Below, piece by piece: positions 63,249-64,000 of a stretch of 64,000 bases of DNA. Position 1 is the first letter of the stretch. Every line of letters begins with the position of its first letter. The stretch spans positions 62,001 through 126,000 of the forward strand of contig JBHGNT010000036.1 in the NCBI GenBank assembly GCA_043228905.1, given 5' to 3'. Both the position numbers and the translations under genes were made by a program. This DNA comes from Azolla caroliniana (lineage: Eukaryota > Plantae > Polypodiophyta). The notes under the pieces were generated by a model. That model had not been told where the DNA came from, did no database searches, and saw only the letters and a program-made list of their open reading frames with translations.

Positions 63249-64000
63249 ACTTGGGTTGGAATCGAAGTCGTTTCTCGTTCCTACCAAGATGCCGACTCAT
63301 CAAAAACGACGTCTCGACTCACTAGAACTTTTCAGGTGGATGTATTGTAACATTTGTAACCTTTTTGTTCGAGTGAGTGCCCTATGAGGATCAAGCTTTT
63401 GTCGCTTCTCGTCAAGAATATGTACATAGGCGATTGAGCCAAATATCCGAACGTGTGATAGATCCGTCTTCTTTCCGAAGAACCTCTCGTGAGAGGTTAC
63501 GTCATGTACCCCAGAGGTTGTACACATGTTCATCAAATAGACGACTATTTAGCCGCTTCTGCCCAGTATGATTTTGCCACCTCTATTATATGCCGATTCT
63601 TGCACTTGGCTACTCCATTTTGTTGAGGTGTGTGTTGACAGGAGAATTCTTATCGAACTCCTTCCTTTCGGAGATACGGTGTAAATTCGTTCGAGAAATA
63701 CTCCTTGCCTCCATCCGATCGAAGGCATCGGACATGTTGACTAGTGGCTTTTTCAACTTCATTTTTAAACTTTTGGAAGTATCTGAACACTTCACTCTTT
63801 TGTCGCATAGGGTAAATCCAGGTATGCCTGGAGAAGTCGTCGATAAACGTGACATAATATCGACAACCATTGAATGTTGTCATCTGGGCTGGTGCCCATA
63901 CATCTGAATGTACTACATCTAGGATCTCGTTGCTCACATTCCTCTCTTTCGGCAACGGTTGTCAATGTTGTTTGCCCATCATCTTGTATTCGGTAAAAGT

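Larger units (their letters stand above)
58108..63980 (-). mobile_element. Ty1/copia, decayed (3' LTR ~58108-58389, RH, RT, INT), interrupted by two MITEs
   Basis: PPT cgccccttcg; KHIEVHYHFI, HYFLGIEV, HSDVW.PA and TFIDDFSR motifs. The coding sequence belongs to the same family as the 33583 element. Confidence 0.88.

Overview
Plant nuclear DNA, most likely from a non-flowering land plant such as a fern (inferred from a DNA-PKcs-like exon and the retrotransposon types). It is dominated by nested, mostly decayed Ty1/copia and Ty3/gypsy LTR retrotransposons, with LINE fragments and three hAT-like MITEs (8-bp TSDs). The only clearly intact host gene is a two-exon VMA21. Beside it lie fragments of MED6 (one exon duplicated), a DNA-PKcs kinase exon and an 18S-ITS1 rDNA piece. 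Two signals stand out. (1) At ~6.2-9.2 kb, a degenerate gene with four GT-AG introns encodes a ParB/sulfiredoxin-like domain fused to a beta-class N6-adenine/N4-cytosine DNA methyltransferase, a prokaryote/phage-type architecture in eukaryotic gene form. (2) At 528-592, a type I hammerhead ribozyme with a palindromic mini stem III, the form known from Penelope-like retroelements. Also notable: a gypsy clade with 4-bp CpG-centred target sites, copia elements with a post-RNase H basic extension and a doubled PPT, and a ~367-bp exon-containing duplication flanking a copia complex. Family assignments come from motif recognition only; no database search was run.
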